Assembly: GCA_951406725.2 (NCBI GenBank)
Contig: OX597827.1
Coordinates: 35,154,001 to 35,218,000 of the forward strand
Direction: 5' to 3'
DNA: 64,000 nt
From: Octopus vulgaris
Taxonomy: Eukaryota
This document shows positions 10,561-23,689 of this stretch, piece after piece. The position numbers were made by a program, and so were the translations under genes. A model generated the notes under the pieces. It was not told the origin of the DNA. It saw only the letters and a program-made list of their open reading frames with translations, and did no database searches. The first letter of the stretch is position 1; every line of letters starts with the position of its first letter.

Positions 10561-11304
10561 TGAATTGCTTGCGAAGGAGGGCCTTCGTCACTTAATTCAA
10601 ATTATACTTATATTACTTTTACAATTCATATACATTCAACCATAAGCACATATTTCTTTCTATATATATAATGTATTTTTATTACGCCCCTGTACAGACA
10701 GCTGAAAACAATTACTCACTCACATGAAGACATTCTAAAGAGTGACGTTAATTTGCGAGAGCACGTGAGGAACTGATACTAACACAGATAATGGTTCGGC
10801 AAGAGATTTCATAAACCACGAGCTCGAAACGTGGGAATAAAAAAACCACGAAAGAAGGAATAAAAACAATAAATGAATAAGTAAACAAAGGTAGATTTCT
10901 TTCATGACGATCATCAATTGTTCCTCGCGTGCTTAGTTCTAGAGAAGACAAGTTGTTACATGCAGACGAACAGATAATACTTGTTGTGTTACGCAATTTC
11001 ACCACTGCAAATATTTGAACCTTGGGAGCTGATTTTGTTTTTGTTTTTTTTATTTATTTTAGTGTTATATTATTTTATCCAATGATGTTATTGATTATAA
11101 TTACCTTGAATTAAAATTCATGCTTTCTTTTTCTTTTATTTGGCTTTTTATTTTGCTGATTTCTCTTCATTTTTGTTGTTGTAATTTTTCCTTCCTTATA
11201 AATAATTGAATAATAAATTAATAAACAAATCTTGAAAGTCTTAAGTGTTTAATATTTATGACTATTTCTAAATGCTACTTAACATAATTTATCATTACAT
11301 CAGT

Positions 11305-11490
11305 GCGCCTGGCAAAATGCTTAGCAGAATTTCGTCTGCCGCTACGTTCTGAGTTCAAATTGTGCCGAGGTCGACTTTGGCATTCATCCTTTCGAGGCCA
11401 ATAATTTAAGTAACAGTTGAGTACTGAGGTCGACGTGATCGACTAGCCCCCTCACCACAAATTTCAGGCTTCGTGCCTATAATAGAAAAG

Positions 11491-11547
<57 letters not shown>

Positions 11548-11745
11548 TCAAATTCCAGAGGTCGACTTTGACTTTCATCTTTTCGAAGTCGATAAAAGTA
11601 AGCACCAATTGAACACTGAGCCCGATGCAATCGACTAGTCCTCTACCCCGGCGAGCTGACAGAATTGTTAACACGCCGGGCGAAATGCTTAGTGGTATTT
11701 CGTCTGCCGCTATGTTCTGAGTTCAAATTCCGACGAGGTCGACAT
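11305..11745 (+). mobile_element. Cluster of Nin-domain SINE pieces around an (ATT)n tract
   Basis: Repeated ttctgagttcaaat..gaggtcgacttt..ttcatcctttcg motifs. Confidence 0.75.
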
Positions 11746-11759
11746 CTGTATTTCTTACT

Positions 11760-13146
11760 TTCTAGTAGTTTACTTGGTTCATGTTTATACCATTTATCAG
11801 TATGTTCAAATGCTAGCTTTCTACATAAATCCCAGTTGATTGCTCTCCCTAGATTGCCCTTTTCTTGTATTCTTTCTGTGCCAGCATATTACATTCACTT
11901 ACTATATGAGTAACGCTTTCTTCTTTTGATTTCCAGAATCTACATTGGGAATCTACTTGTTTTTGTCTATCTTAGCTATTATCCAATTAGTTCTTAATGC
12001 TAGATCTTGTGCAGCCACTAACAAACTTTCTGACTCCCTCTTCAGCTTTTCTTTCTGCAGCCATATCCATGTCTCACTCCTACTATTTGCTGCAACTGTC
12101 TTTGGAAATCTACCATGCAAACCCTGCTCCTGCGATTCAGATAGTTTCAGTTCCTTTTTCTGGTTTTTAACTTCGTTTTGATTTTTGATTGCCTTGTGTC
12201 TTGCTTTGACTCTAGCAGCTTTTAATAAACTTTCTTCGCTATTACCTACATAGGAGTCTATATCTACTCTAGCTAACTCCACGCAGTCTTCTACTGATAT
12301 TAACCCCCTTCTGCTTTCCTTTCTAGGTAAGTATAATTTTGCTACTCCTGCCCTTGAATGGAGTCCTCCATCATATTGAATTCTTTCCTAGGTCAGTAAA
12401 TTAGTGTCTCCTATTTTTTCAATATCTATCCTACTGATAACAGAATCTACTTTCCTAGTCACTTCTATCAGCTTTTTTCTTCTGATACCTTTTAATGCTG
12501 GCAATCTTTTTCTTACTTCTTTACTCATTACTTCTTGCAACTCATCTAAAATCTTCTGATCTTCCTCACTTAAATCACTTAAGTCGTTGGTGCCAGTTGT
12601 CCCTTCCTTATTGGGAGCACTATTATTATTTTTTCCTTTGGGCTCTTCTTTGGTTTGAGTTGTATCTCTTATGTTGTTCTTTGTCTTTCCTACTGCCTGG
12701 TCTTTCTTTTCCAGTTCTCTTGTGATCTCTTCTACCTCTAATTTTGTCACCCACTTTATTCTAATAATATTAGCTTGATCAACTAATCTCTGCTCTGTTA
12801 CTTTTAACATACCCTTCTCTACCCAAAGTGTTAACATCCGTTTTCTATAGTCCTTTCTTTTAGGTTCATTTTCTAAGTAGCACTGCAGCACTATTTTGTT
12901 TCCTTCGCTGGTCCACTTCCTCCTCCTTACTCTATTATCTGCTGATGCTGTATTAGAATAACAGCTGTGGTCAGTCTGCATCTTTACTGAACCAATGTCG
13001 AGTGAAAGACCTTTCCTTAAAGGTTCAGCTTTATTTTCGGTGTTACAACCAGAGTTTCTACGGAAACTCCTGTCTCTCATAAACTGAGGCAAGGTCATCA
13101 TCGTCATCACTACTATTATTTTTCGACATCTGAAAGATTCAAGCAA
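11760..13146 (-). mobile_element. R4/Dong-like LINE with internal deletion of the RT core
   Basis: N-terminal RRKWTSEGNKIVLQCY..YRKRMLTLW..TEQRLVDQ (ORF 12388-13146) joined directly to LHSRAGVAKLYLPRKE, WLQKEKLKRESESLLVAAQDLAL and KWYKHEP. Confidence 0.85.
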
Positions 13147-13481
13147 CTTTCTATTGCATCATTCGTTACACCTTTGTGCTGGCGGGGTGGTATGTGCTGC
13201 ATTTTTTATGGGGAATAGTGTAATGTATCAGTACGTTTTGGGGTTTGGTTTGAGCATTGTTGCATTAGTTTTTAAATAGTATGTTGTTGCTTGTTGTTTT
13301 TGCTGTGCAGGTTGTGGTCTTCTGTCGGGTATCGGCCTTCTATGGCACATGTTGTGGATTTTGTTAATTTTCTTCAGTAATTAGAGTATGAGTTTATTCT
13401 TGTATGTTTTTGGAGGGATGTTGCATAGTAGTGCGTGTGTAACTCATAAGGCAACTATTTTATAGTATTTATGATTATCCG

Positions 13482-13561
<80 letters not shown>

Positions 13562-13579
13562 TATTATTATTATTATTAT

Positions 13580-14210
13580 TATTTAGTGAGAGAGCAGTGC
13601 ATGTCATCGAAGTGACACTGGGGTAGAATATACGAAGCCCAGTATACCTATCATGACTACCCGTCTGATAAGGGTACACTAGGCACATGCATCACAACCA
13701 TAGGTGTACGACATGGTGATCTCATATCAAGATAAACAGCACATGACCTTGCAGGTGGGGCCCAGTTAGAATTTTCTTCTGGTCGAGTAACCCATCCCGC
13801 TCAAAAGGTCCCTGAATAAAGGTTGTTTAAGGATGTTGAACGAAACTCCCATGTTTCCAGAGGTGAATTATTCAAACTCCAAAGAATCGTTAGCCACTAC
13901 AGACGCCATGATAGATCGTTAGCCACTACACACATTTTTTTCTCCTTGTTTTCTGTGTCCCTTTCTGTAGAAGAGCGTAGGCTCGAAACGTAAAAGACTT
14001 TTTCTATAAGTTAGTGGGTCAGTCATGGCTGTGATGCTCCCCAACAACTTCTGCTCGTGATCAGAATCAGAGATGTACATATCGTCAGCTTAACATGCTC
14101 AACTGGTTAAGGTTAAACAACTGACAAGCAAATCTGTGGTATCGAGCAGAATATTTGCTGTAGCCCATCTTTTGTACCAAGACAAAACAATGTACATGAT
14201 AACACTTCCA

Positions 14211-14269
<59 letters not shown>

Positions 14270-14284
14270 CATCATTATTATTAC

Positions 14285-14350
<66 letters not shown>

Positions 14351-14415
14351 CATGTACATGATAACACTTCCAATCAGTTAAGATCAGAAGCCATGAGAGC
14401 TACTGCCTGGTATTG
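13580..14415 (-). mobile_element. 3' end of a (TAA)n-tailed retroelement, interrupted by two insertions
   Basis: Minus strand ends gcatgcactgctctctcact + (TAA/TGA)n; same terminus on + at 45120-45270. Confidence 0.6.
13961..13996 (+). ncRNA. Ultra-minimal hammerhead-like motif (A6U family) in a Penelope pLTR fragment
   Basis: cttt CTGTAGA a gagc gtag gctc GAAA cg TA aaag; relatives at 15242-15279 (-) and 39469-39505 (+). Confidence 0.5.
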
Positions 14416-16329
14416 CATCTGTTATTATTGTTACACCACTGCGCAAGCCCTAGGTCTTCCGATGCCTCCACATGGCCCTCACGCCAGGAACACCCGCTTG
14501 CGACGGCGACGGCGCTCAGTAAACCGGAAATCCACTACGGGAAGGGGGAAGGCATCGAACGCAGCCAGGAACCAACACAACAACAAAAGAAAGGAGACAT
14601 ACAGCGGAAGTTGCGTAATTTAACAATTTTGTTTCAAAACAAAATCAAAGCATTCCAAAACAAAGGTTGACAAATCATGTACAGAGTTCGAAGAACAATC
14701 ATTTGCATTTAAACATAATACAGAGTTCGAAAAACCAAATCATTCAACATTTGACTCAATACAGTTCGGTCTTTTTCAAGACAAATAATTTTACATTTAA
14801 CACAAAGTTCACAATCAACAGTCTCTTAAAGCTCCACTCCCCTCTTCTTTTTTTTAACACGACAGTTCTCAAAAAAAGTTTCTTCTTTTCTTTTAAAAAC
14901 ATTTCCAAGTTCTTTTTTTTCTTCCTTTTCTCTTCTTTTAAAAACAGCCAACAACACGCTCCCTTTTTTTCTTTTCAACGGTTACGTCAGAGCCTCTCTC
15001 TTTTTTTCATTTCAACGGCGCATCGTCTCTTTCCTTCTGGGAAATTACTCTGAAAGAAATCTTTACAGAAAGGTGAGTAGATTGATTGCATTATGTTATC
15101 GCAGTTTTGCGAGATTTTGCTGTTATTTCTACCATGTGGATAGCCTACATGAAGGCCTGATGATATATATATATATGGGGAAAATTCACAAAAAAAAAAC
15201 AAAGAAAACAAAAGACGATGACAGGTGGTGTAGACGAAAAACTCTTTAACGTTTCGAGCCTACGCTCTTCCAGAGAGAGGAACACAGAAAGAAACAAGGA
15301 GAGAAAATAAAGAGAGAAAATAAAGAAGAGAAAATAAAGAGATTTTTTGAAAAATTGAAATTTTACAAATCAATTTTTTCAGAAACGTAATCTTGGTATT
15401 TTTCTCCGTATTTCGCAAAAAAAAAAAAAAAAAATTCTGGGAAAAGTGAAAAATAAGGAGGGGGTGGAGGTTTAAATGAAATTTTCAAAATGCAATTTTT
15501 TGAAATTTTTTTTTTCAGAATCGGATCCTCCATAAACAAAACCGTGGGATTCCGTAAAAAAGATCAATATATATCCATTTTACCGGAAGTTATGATGGAA
15601 AAATCGGATTTTGTGAATTTTCCTAAAATTCCCCTCCCCCCAGGGTCGTCAGCGTGCATTTTTTTTTCATATTCTTTTTTCAATATACTTGTTAACACCC
15701 CCAGGCTGGTTAATTTTTGGTTTTGTTCCAGGGTGAGGATCCTTATATTGACCCCAGATTGTCCATTTACAAAGTCATGAGATAGAGAAAAAGTGGAAGA
15801 TAGAGAAAAAGGGAAAATACATAAAATATAAAAGTAAATAAAGGTGTTGGTTGGCTCAGTGGAATAGTGGCAAACAAAATGCTTTACAATATTTGTTTAT
15901 GCCCCTTTACGTCGTGAGATCAAATCTGCTGTGATCAACTTCGCTTTTTCATAGTGTTTATTTTGGTGTTACCGGATGAAGAATTTGAAGTAAGAGCTGT
16001 TGTTTACTATTTTTCAAACACTGCACTTAGAAAAATTTAAAACAACAAATTCGTCACGAAATCTCTTCTTTCTTCCTGCTATCGTTTTTCACGTGACTTC
16101 TTACTCACAGCTGCCTTTTCGTTCCATATCCTCTGTTTTTCTCTTTTATTCATATCTTCTTTACCTGCTCTTCCCCTCTCTCTTTTATATCTTTATCTTT
16201 TTCCCTCCTCTCTCTTTCTCTCTCCCTCCCTTTCATATATTCCCATTCCCCTCTCTCTCTCCCTCCCTCTGTCTCTCTTCCTCTTTACCTCCCTCTGTCT
16301 CTCACCCCCTCCCTATCTTTCCCTCCTCT

Positions 16330-18688
16330 CTCTGGGATTAGACAGCGAAGATGGCAGCAAAGTCAGAGAGCAAGGGACTGAAACTTCTGTTGCAAACTTG
16401 GACAATTACTATTGGCGATCCTCCAAACATCGTTATTGCTGCACTAAAGAACAATGGTTTCTGTAGAATCATTGAGCAGATAGAGCTGAAGAAAAACGAA
16501 TTTATCCGATCTGATGCTCTTATTAGACCAAACATTGACACTCTTGATGCCATCATGAAAAACAACCGTTGCAAGGTTGATAAGGATAGGGAAGATGAAA
16601 CAACAACCAGAAGTTCCTCTGATCCAGTGGTCCCTCATAAGAATGGATCCCCCACTCCTATGAACAACCAGGCTAATAAGGATAGGAAAGATGAAGAAGC
16701 AGCAACCAGACGTCCCTCTGTACCAGTGGTCCCACAAAAAAACGGAACCCACGCCCCAGAGGACAACCAAGGGAGTGTAAGGGCTACCACCAGTAAAGGA
16801 AGGAAAGACCACGAGCAAAAGCAAAAATGAAAAAGGAGAGGAAGGAAAAGGACAAGATGAAAGGACTAAAACTAAAACCGAAACCCAAAACCACCAAATA
16901 AAAAACAAAAAAACAACCCGAATATGGAGGATCCAATGGAATCCCCAACTCTATAAGAGAGAAAAATTTGGAGTGAAGACGAGGACGTGCAAATTTTACC
17001 TGCAAGACAAATGTTGGCATGGAGAAGGCGGTACAAACTGCTGATTTGCTCACCCGGGACCCACCAAAACTGTAGGGGGTTTAAGGAGAAATACATCCCA
17101 GAGGAGAGGCATCAATCGTCTCCAAAGAGAAAGTGTGCAGATGTCTTGCGCTCTTCAGATGTTATGCGAAAGGCAACAGCTGAGCAAGAGTCGTTTTTGT
17201 GCATAGCGCAAAAAATTGTGCAGCAACTGACCTGACTACATCAAGTGCAAACACGGAACCTTGCCCACCACTGCGCAAGACCACAACAATCAACAGATAT
17301 GGGATGGCTTCCCCTAAAGCCAGCATAGTCGTCACGACAATATTTTTACTAAATATAGGGAGGCCTGTTGCAACACAACAACAAAAAAAAGAGCAAACTC
17401 TTTCCCGAGAGACCTTGCTGCATGCAAACAAGCCCCATACATAGCACTCGTTGAAAATCACCTTGGGCCTGATATAGAGGATGCAGAAGTGCACGTACCA
17501 AAATATACTATACTGCGAACGGACAGAAGGGAAAGGAGCCATGGTGGAGTTGCTGTATACATCCGTGAGGACCTCACGTCCAAATGTTACGTCTTACTTA
17601 AATTCGGTATGTGACACTTAAGTTATATACATAAAACAACACAATGTAGTCATATGCAATACATATCACCAGCCAACACGGGCAATTTTGAAGATTGCCT
17701 CATAAGAATAAAAGAAACCTTCATGAAACTGGAACACCACGTATGTTCCGTATGGGTGATTTCAACTTCTCCAGTTTCAAATAGCTTGAGGGCCTCATGT
17801 TCTCAGGAATGACTCATTGCAAGCAAGTACAGGTGAAGTCTCTGGTAAACCTCTCTAATGCCATATTCATGGAGCAAATTGTGTTCCGACCAACCAGGGC
17901 GAATAACATATTGGATCTCTGGTTCACAAACAATATGGACATCGTTCATAATGTGAATGCGACGCCAACATTAATTTCGGATCACAACTTAATAGAGCTG
18001 TCTATGTACAGACCAAAAGTAGTCAGAGACATAGAGCCTACAGGAAGCACCCGAAATCTCTCCAGCCTGAACTTCCACATAGCAAATTGGAAGTCGATCA
18101 AAAAAAGGTACTCAGACAGGACTGCCCGAAATGTTTCTCCACACCAGACATTGGCATGAAACTAGAATAGTTCCTGTCTGTTATGCAAACCACATGCCAG
18201 AACTATGTCCCAGAGCACAAAAAGGCTCAAGATTCCAAGGGAGAGGAAAATTCTCATGAGACGACGGACGAAGGTTGCAAATCGCTTCGGTCAACATCCC
18301 AAAAGTAGTGAAAGGTCCCACCTAAAAACAACACTGATGGAGATTGAAAAAAAAAGCCTGCAACAATCCTATGTGGAGGATAGAGCAGACAAATAAGGCC
18401 TTCTTTTATTAAGCCAAAGAAACAGCCTGCAAAATAAGGCCCCTCTTCCAGAAGGATGGCTCCCTCACAGATAACCCAACCAGGATCAGTGAGGTAGTGA
18501 ATGACCAGTTCAAAGGTGTCTTTACCACCCCGTTGGAACACAGACAAGTGAACGAGTGAACGAACCAGTGGATTTCTTTGCCGCCTCACCTATAACCAGC
18601 GAAGCAGTTACGATAGATTACATCGAAATTGCTGAAGAAGATATAATATTAGCCATAGATGGAGTGGGCGCAAACTCAACTGCTGGCC
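16330..18688 (+). mobile_element. CR1-clade LINE, 5' half (ORF1 and APE endonuclease), 3'-truncated
   Basis: ORF1 from 16351 with CKFYLQDKCWHGEGGTNC*FAHP; APE motifs LRTDRRERSHGGVAVYIRE, MGDFNF, PTRANNILDL, SDHNLI; ends at ..NSTAGP. Confidence 0.88.
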
Positions 18689-20386
18689 CTTTGGTCTTTT
18701 CAGTATATATGACAGTTATCCTTGTGGAGGTTAATTCTCTTCGTGCAGATGATCTTTAGACCAGTGAGAAGCCAAATCCATTTTATTTTCTCTTTGAACG
18801 TCAAGCATTCATTTACTGAGGATGAACGTTGTTCCAGGGATTCCTGCCCAAAATGTCTTCAAGTCTCTTTAGATATAGCAGCCATTATCGAAAATAAGAT
18901 TATCAGGCTTCTCGTGTATGACACACACTCACATTCACACTTTCTGCGGTTGTAAAATACCTGATTATATCACTTGTCATATTTAAGCACGTTCCTTCAG
19001 ATTCTAAATTCAAATTCGCTTTTCATAATTTGGGATTCCACAAAATAAATACCATTAAATAATAAGATCAATATAGATGCAATTAGTCTTGCCTTTCATT
19101 TTCGCGGGATCCGAAAAAAGATACATGTTCAAAGCAGTGGATTAGCAAAAATGTCAGAGCATCAGACGGGATGCTTTGCTCCGGTTCTGTTTTTTTTTCT
19201 TTCTGAATTCAGACCCCGTCCCGTCACCGAAAAGCGGCGACATTTCTGCCATGTGCTGGGACCACAAGAGAGTATCAGCGGTTTATTGGAGGAAGGGCGG
19301 GAGTTATTCTTCTAGTAGAGATTTGCTTGGAAATGCAGAGGGTTCGTCTAGAGACACACCGAAGACCTTGTGCTATTAAGTTAGGTAATTAATTTAGTCT
19401 GCCACCCAAAATTAGAAAAGTCTCTCAGACAAGTTTCCCTGCAAAAGACTTTGATCGTCACATGATTGTGGTAGACATTTTCCCACTCTGCTAAGACACC
19501 CAAGGAACAGATGGTTTTGCTAAGCTAGGTTGCTAATTTAGTCTATTACCTGCTACAAAAACAACCTCAACCGACAGATTTCCACACAGTTTCAGCCTAC
19601 CAAATTTCACGTGCAAGTCCTTGGTCGATCTGAAACTATGATAACTGGGTGTCGTACATTGGGAACGAAACTGAATCCATAGTGTTGCAAAGGGACTTTT
19701 ATTTATTACATATCTATCTCTGTGACGAAGCCACATATATAACCTAGTCTTCCATTGTACCATAGTAGTCGATAGTCGATTGTCCTGTTACTTCTACTTT
19801 TATGGTCACACAATAAAATCAACTGAAGTTATTGATAATAAAGCTCTAAATACTTGATGTTTTCTTGTAATCCTGATTATTGATTATTGATTATGAATTG
19901 ATAAATAATGCTAGTAATCATATTGCAATTGTGTTTTGTTCCACAGTAGTTAATTTTTATTCCTTTTGTTCTGGGTTTCTCTTTATGAAGAAATATTTTA
20001 TATATTGTCCAGTCAACCGTAACATTTGCATGTATCTCTTATTGCGAACTTACTTGTTTTATGGCGATACAGTAAACCGTTCGAAATATTAAATCAATGG
20101 GAACAAAACATTTGACAGGCCAACTTTACTTTAAAAAAAACGTCTTGGAATCAAGTTGTTACTCCCAAGTGTTGACAGTTCCAGGTCAGAAATATTTTCA
20201 GTAGACGGAATACAAAAGTAAGTACATGAACTTTTACTTGACTTTAATTATCATTCCAATATAATCATTAGTAAATGGCTTGAAATTCGACTAATACAAA
20301 ATGGAGGGCAGTAAATTTTGAGGAGCGTATATAAACAGATGTTAAAATAATATATATATATATACACACACACATACATATATATA

Positions 20387-21215
20387 TTGGGTCATCTCAT
20401 AAATAATGCGGTTTTTATACTTGTTTTATTTTAAAAAATCGAGATAAAGTTCTTTTTTACTTTAAAATATACTCTCCTTCATTTTCTATAATGCTCTTCC
20501 ATCTATCTGGTAGACTTGCAAGGCTCTTCTTCCAAAATTCACTTGTCAGTGACGAAAAATAATTACCCAGTACTGTTCTGACCTCGTCTACAGAATTCAT
20601 ATTTTTTTCCGTTCAAATAATTTTGAAGACAGCGGAATAAGTGATAATCAGATTGGGTAACGTCTGATGAATATGGTAGGTGGGGCATCGTTTTCCCATT
20701 CCAACTGCTTCAGTCATTGGAATGTCATCCTCGCTGTATGTGACCGAGCATTATCCTGATGGAAAAGCACTTTTTGTCTTGAAACCAAAGATGATCATTT
20801 TTCTTCTAGCGCTGACTTAAAAGACTGGTTTAATGACCAAATCCAAGCTTCTCTGCTAGTTCCTCAACAATTACGATGGGATTTTGTTCCACTAGAGTCT
20901 GCAGGACGTCCTCGTCGAGCTCTACAGATCTTCCAGGACGAAGCTCGTCTTCTAGGTTGTAGTTTCCGTTTCCGAATTTTTGGAACCACAGCTGACACTT
21001 GCTTACGCTTATTGTCCGATCCCTATATCCTGCATTAATATTTCTCACCCTTTCCTTTGCGTTGTAGCTTTTATTGAATTTATAAAGCAAAATATGTCGA
21101 ATATGCTCCTTTGTCACTTCCATTATAGCTTTGAAAAAATAGCTGTTAAAATCAAACTGCGCTCATCAAGACTTGCACTAAGAATAAGACAAGTTAAAAT
21201 TACAATTTGCATTTA
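20387..21215 (-). mobile_element. mariner transposon remnant
   Basis: HIRHILLYKF..CQLWFQKFGNGNYNLEDELRPGRS (HTH); PHLPYSSDVTQSDYHLF (YSPDL-like); one TIR ttgggtcatctcataaataatgcggtttt. Confidence 0.88.
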
Positions 21216-21381
21216 TATGTCTCTTTATTAGACACACAGGGCTGAACACAGAGGGGACAAATTACAAAGTTGATGCGGGTAGTTTATCCCGTCTCACTCC
21301 GACTTTTAGTTCATGCAATTGACAAAACCACATTATTTATGAGAAGACGCAACACACACACACACAAACAAACACACAAAT

Positions 21382-21448
<67 letters not shown>

Positions 21449-21464
21449 ACATACATATATGTGA

Positions 21465-21795
21465 TGAGACCCCCTTTGGTCATGACTGACCATGGGATTG
21501 CACCTAGAAAGTTACCCTCCCAAGCACAAGTCCGGGCAAGGTTGTTTATGGAAGACCAGCAGTCGCTCATGCATACCAGCCTCCCCTCTCCACGCCGCCA
21601 ATGTTATCCATGGGAAAGGCAAAGGCCGATACAGCTTTGCACCAGTGACGTCGCAACTCATTTCTACAGCTGAGTGAACTGGAGCAACGAGAAATAAAGT
21701 GTCTTGCTCAAGAACATGCAGCCTGGTCCGGGAATCGAACTCACAATCTCACGATCGTAAGCTGTACGCTCTAGCCACTGAACTATGCACTTTCA
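21465..21795 (-). mobile_element. CORE-type tRNA SINE
   Basis: Minus head cagtggctagagcg..gagttcgattcccgg, then ttcttgagcaagacactttatttc. Confidence 0.75.
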
Positions 21796-21829
21796 CCCCC
21801 CGCCACAGACACACATATAATATATGTAT

Positions 21830-22850
21830 ATAATTTAGAGAAAAACCTCTATTAAGCAGTTCAATAGTCAAAGACGTTATTTACACCATACAGAAAAAAG
21901 TTAAATATACCATAAAAAACATTATTCTAATAATCAATAAAGTACATAAACAATAAATAGGAAATTGACTACGCGCGTTTGGTGGCTATATCTACAAATA
22001 GATAATAATAATAATAAAATCAATTCGATTTAAAATTAAATCGATCTAAAATTAATTCTATTTAAAAATATAGTCACTCATCAGGTCTAAAATAATAATA
22101 GTAATAATAATGATAACAACAACAACAACAACAACAATAATAAAATAAATGTACATATCTTAACTAATAATAATTAACACATAAATATAGAAAAATAAAT
22201 GTCTTAACAATAAATAATCGAATAAAATTTAACAATATTGCTTAAAATAAAATCATAACTTATCGAAGAATTTCTGTTAGCTAAAATGTTAAACGTAAAA
22301 CGTAGAACTTAGCGTTTATAAGAAATTTATCGCGTGAAAACATAGCGTAAATAAAAATTATAGAATAAATAGGTTGAAATATGTATTTAAGCTGTGAAAA
22401 TGACAAAATGTATTTTAGCTGTGAAAATAAGAAAAAAAACTCACTGTAATATACCATTTACTGGAAAATTTTAAAGCTAAAATACGTAAAATACATAATA
22501 TACATAAATTAAATATATATGGGGAAAGTAAGAAGAAACATTGACAGAACACCTCAGTAGAGCAAAGAATGAATAAAGAAGCAACTTTCATCGATGAATA
22601 TCATCCACAATTTAACATGAACGCAACATAATGCCGAACACTACTAACCTTACCATTAATGCCACTAACATCCATACACTCCTTATATCATTCATATTAC
22701 AGTATTATATCGACCCTAATTGCACTTACCTCCCTTACACAATCTACAATCTTTTTACTCAGGGACTAGTAGACCCGATACCGTTTGGTAATCGGTTCGC
22801 ATTCAAAGCCAGTGAACAACAATGACGACACCGCTTTGACTTTGAATCCC
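21830..22850 (-). mobile_element. Penelope-like AT-rich pLTR remnant
   Basis: Starts beside (TA)n and contains the hammerhead at 21967-22087; extent uncertain. Confidence 0.5.
21967..22087 (-). ncRNA. Hammerhead motif, CGCGCG helix III, G12C lesion
   Basis: gac CTGATGA gtgactatat..atatagccac CAAA cgcgcg TA gtc. Confidence 0.7.
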
Positions 22851-23093
22851 TTTCACATTTCAAAGTAATGAATTTAATCCCTCTTGATTCTACTTCAGTT
22901 CATCTAATTGTATTTATTTATCGCTACTTTTCAAAAAAAGCTATTATTTTTTTGATATGCAATGTGCATTTCCGCTTTTTTCTTCTAACTTTCCTCATAT
23001 CTTTTCCACGTGTAGTTAGTTTCAATATTCTGTTTGAAACACACGCACACACACATACACAGACATATATATATATACATGCATATATACGCA

Positions 23094-23194
<101 letters not shown>

Positions 23195-23199
23195 TTGTG

Positions 23200-23410
23200 T
23201 GTCTGTGTTTGTCCCCCTAGCATTGCTTGACAACCGACGCAGGTGTGTTTACGTCCCCGTCACTTAGCGGTTCGGCAAAAGAGACCGATAGAATAAGTAC
23301 TGGGCTTACAAATAATAAGTCCCGGGGGCGATTTGCTCGACTAAAGGCGGTGCTCGTGCATGGCCGCAGTCAAATGACTGAAAAGAGTAAAAGATATATA
23401 TATATGTATG

Positions 23411-23500
<90 letters not shown>

Positions 23501-23680
23501 TGTATGCATGTATGTATGTATGTATGTATGTATGTATGTATGTATGTATGTATGTATGTATGTATGTATGTATGTGGGACTAAACCCGGAACCACATGCT
23601 TCAGTCCTACTACTATAGCTTCGGGCCAACCAAAGCTTTGTGAGTGGATTTAACAGACGGAAACTGAAAGCCCGTCGTGA
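23200..23680 (+). mobile_element. SINE tail (23200-23395) and SINE head fragment (23575-23680) in microsatellites
   Basis: Homologous to 6925-7117 and 5859-6015. Confidence 0.7.
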
Positions 23681-23689
23681 ATATATATA

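Noticed and set aside
10690-11030. Possible exon (ORFs 10735-11005, minus)
   Set aside because: No recognisable protein and no phase-compatible partner exons; may be UTR or promoter sequence.
18690-18965. Possible minus-strand exon
   Set aside because: All three frames after the candidate acceptor hit stops.
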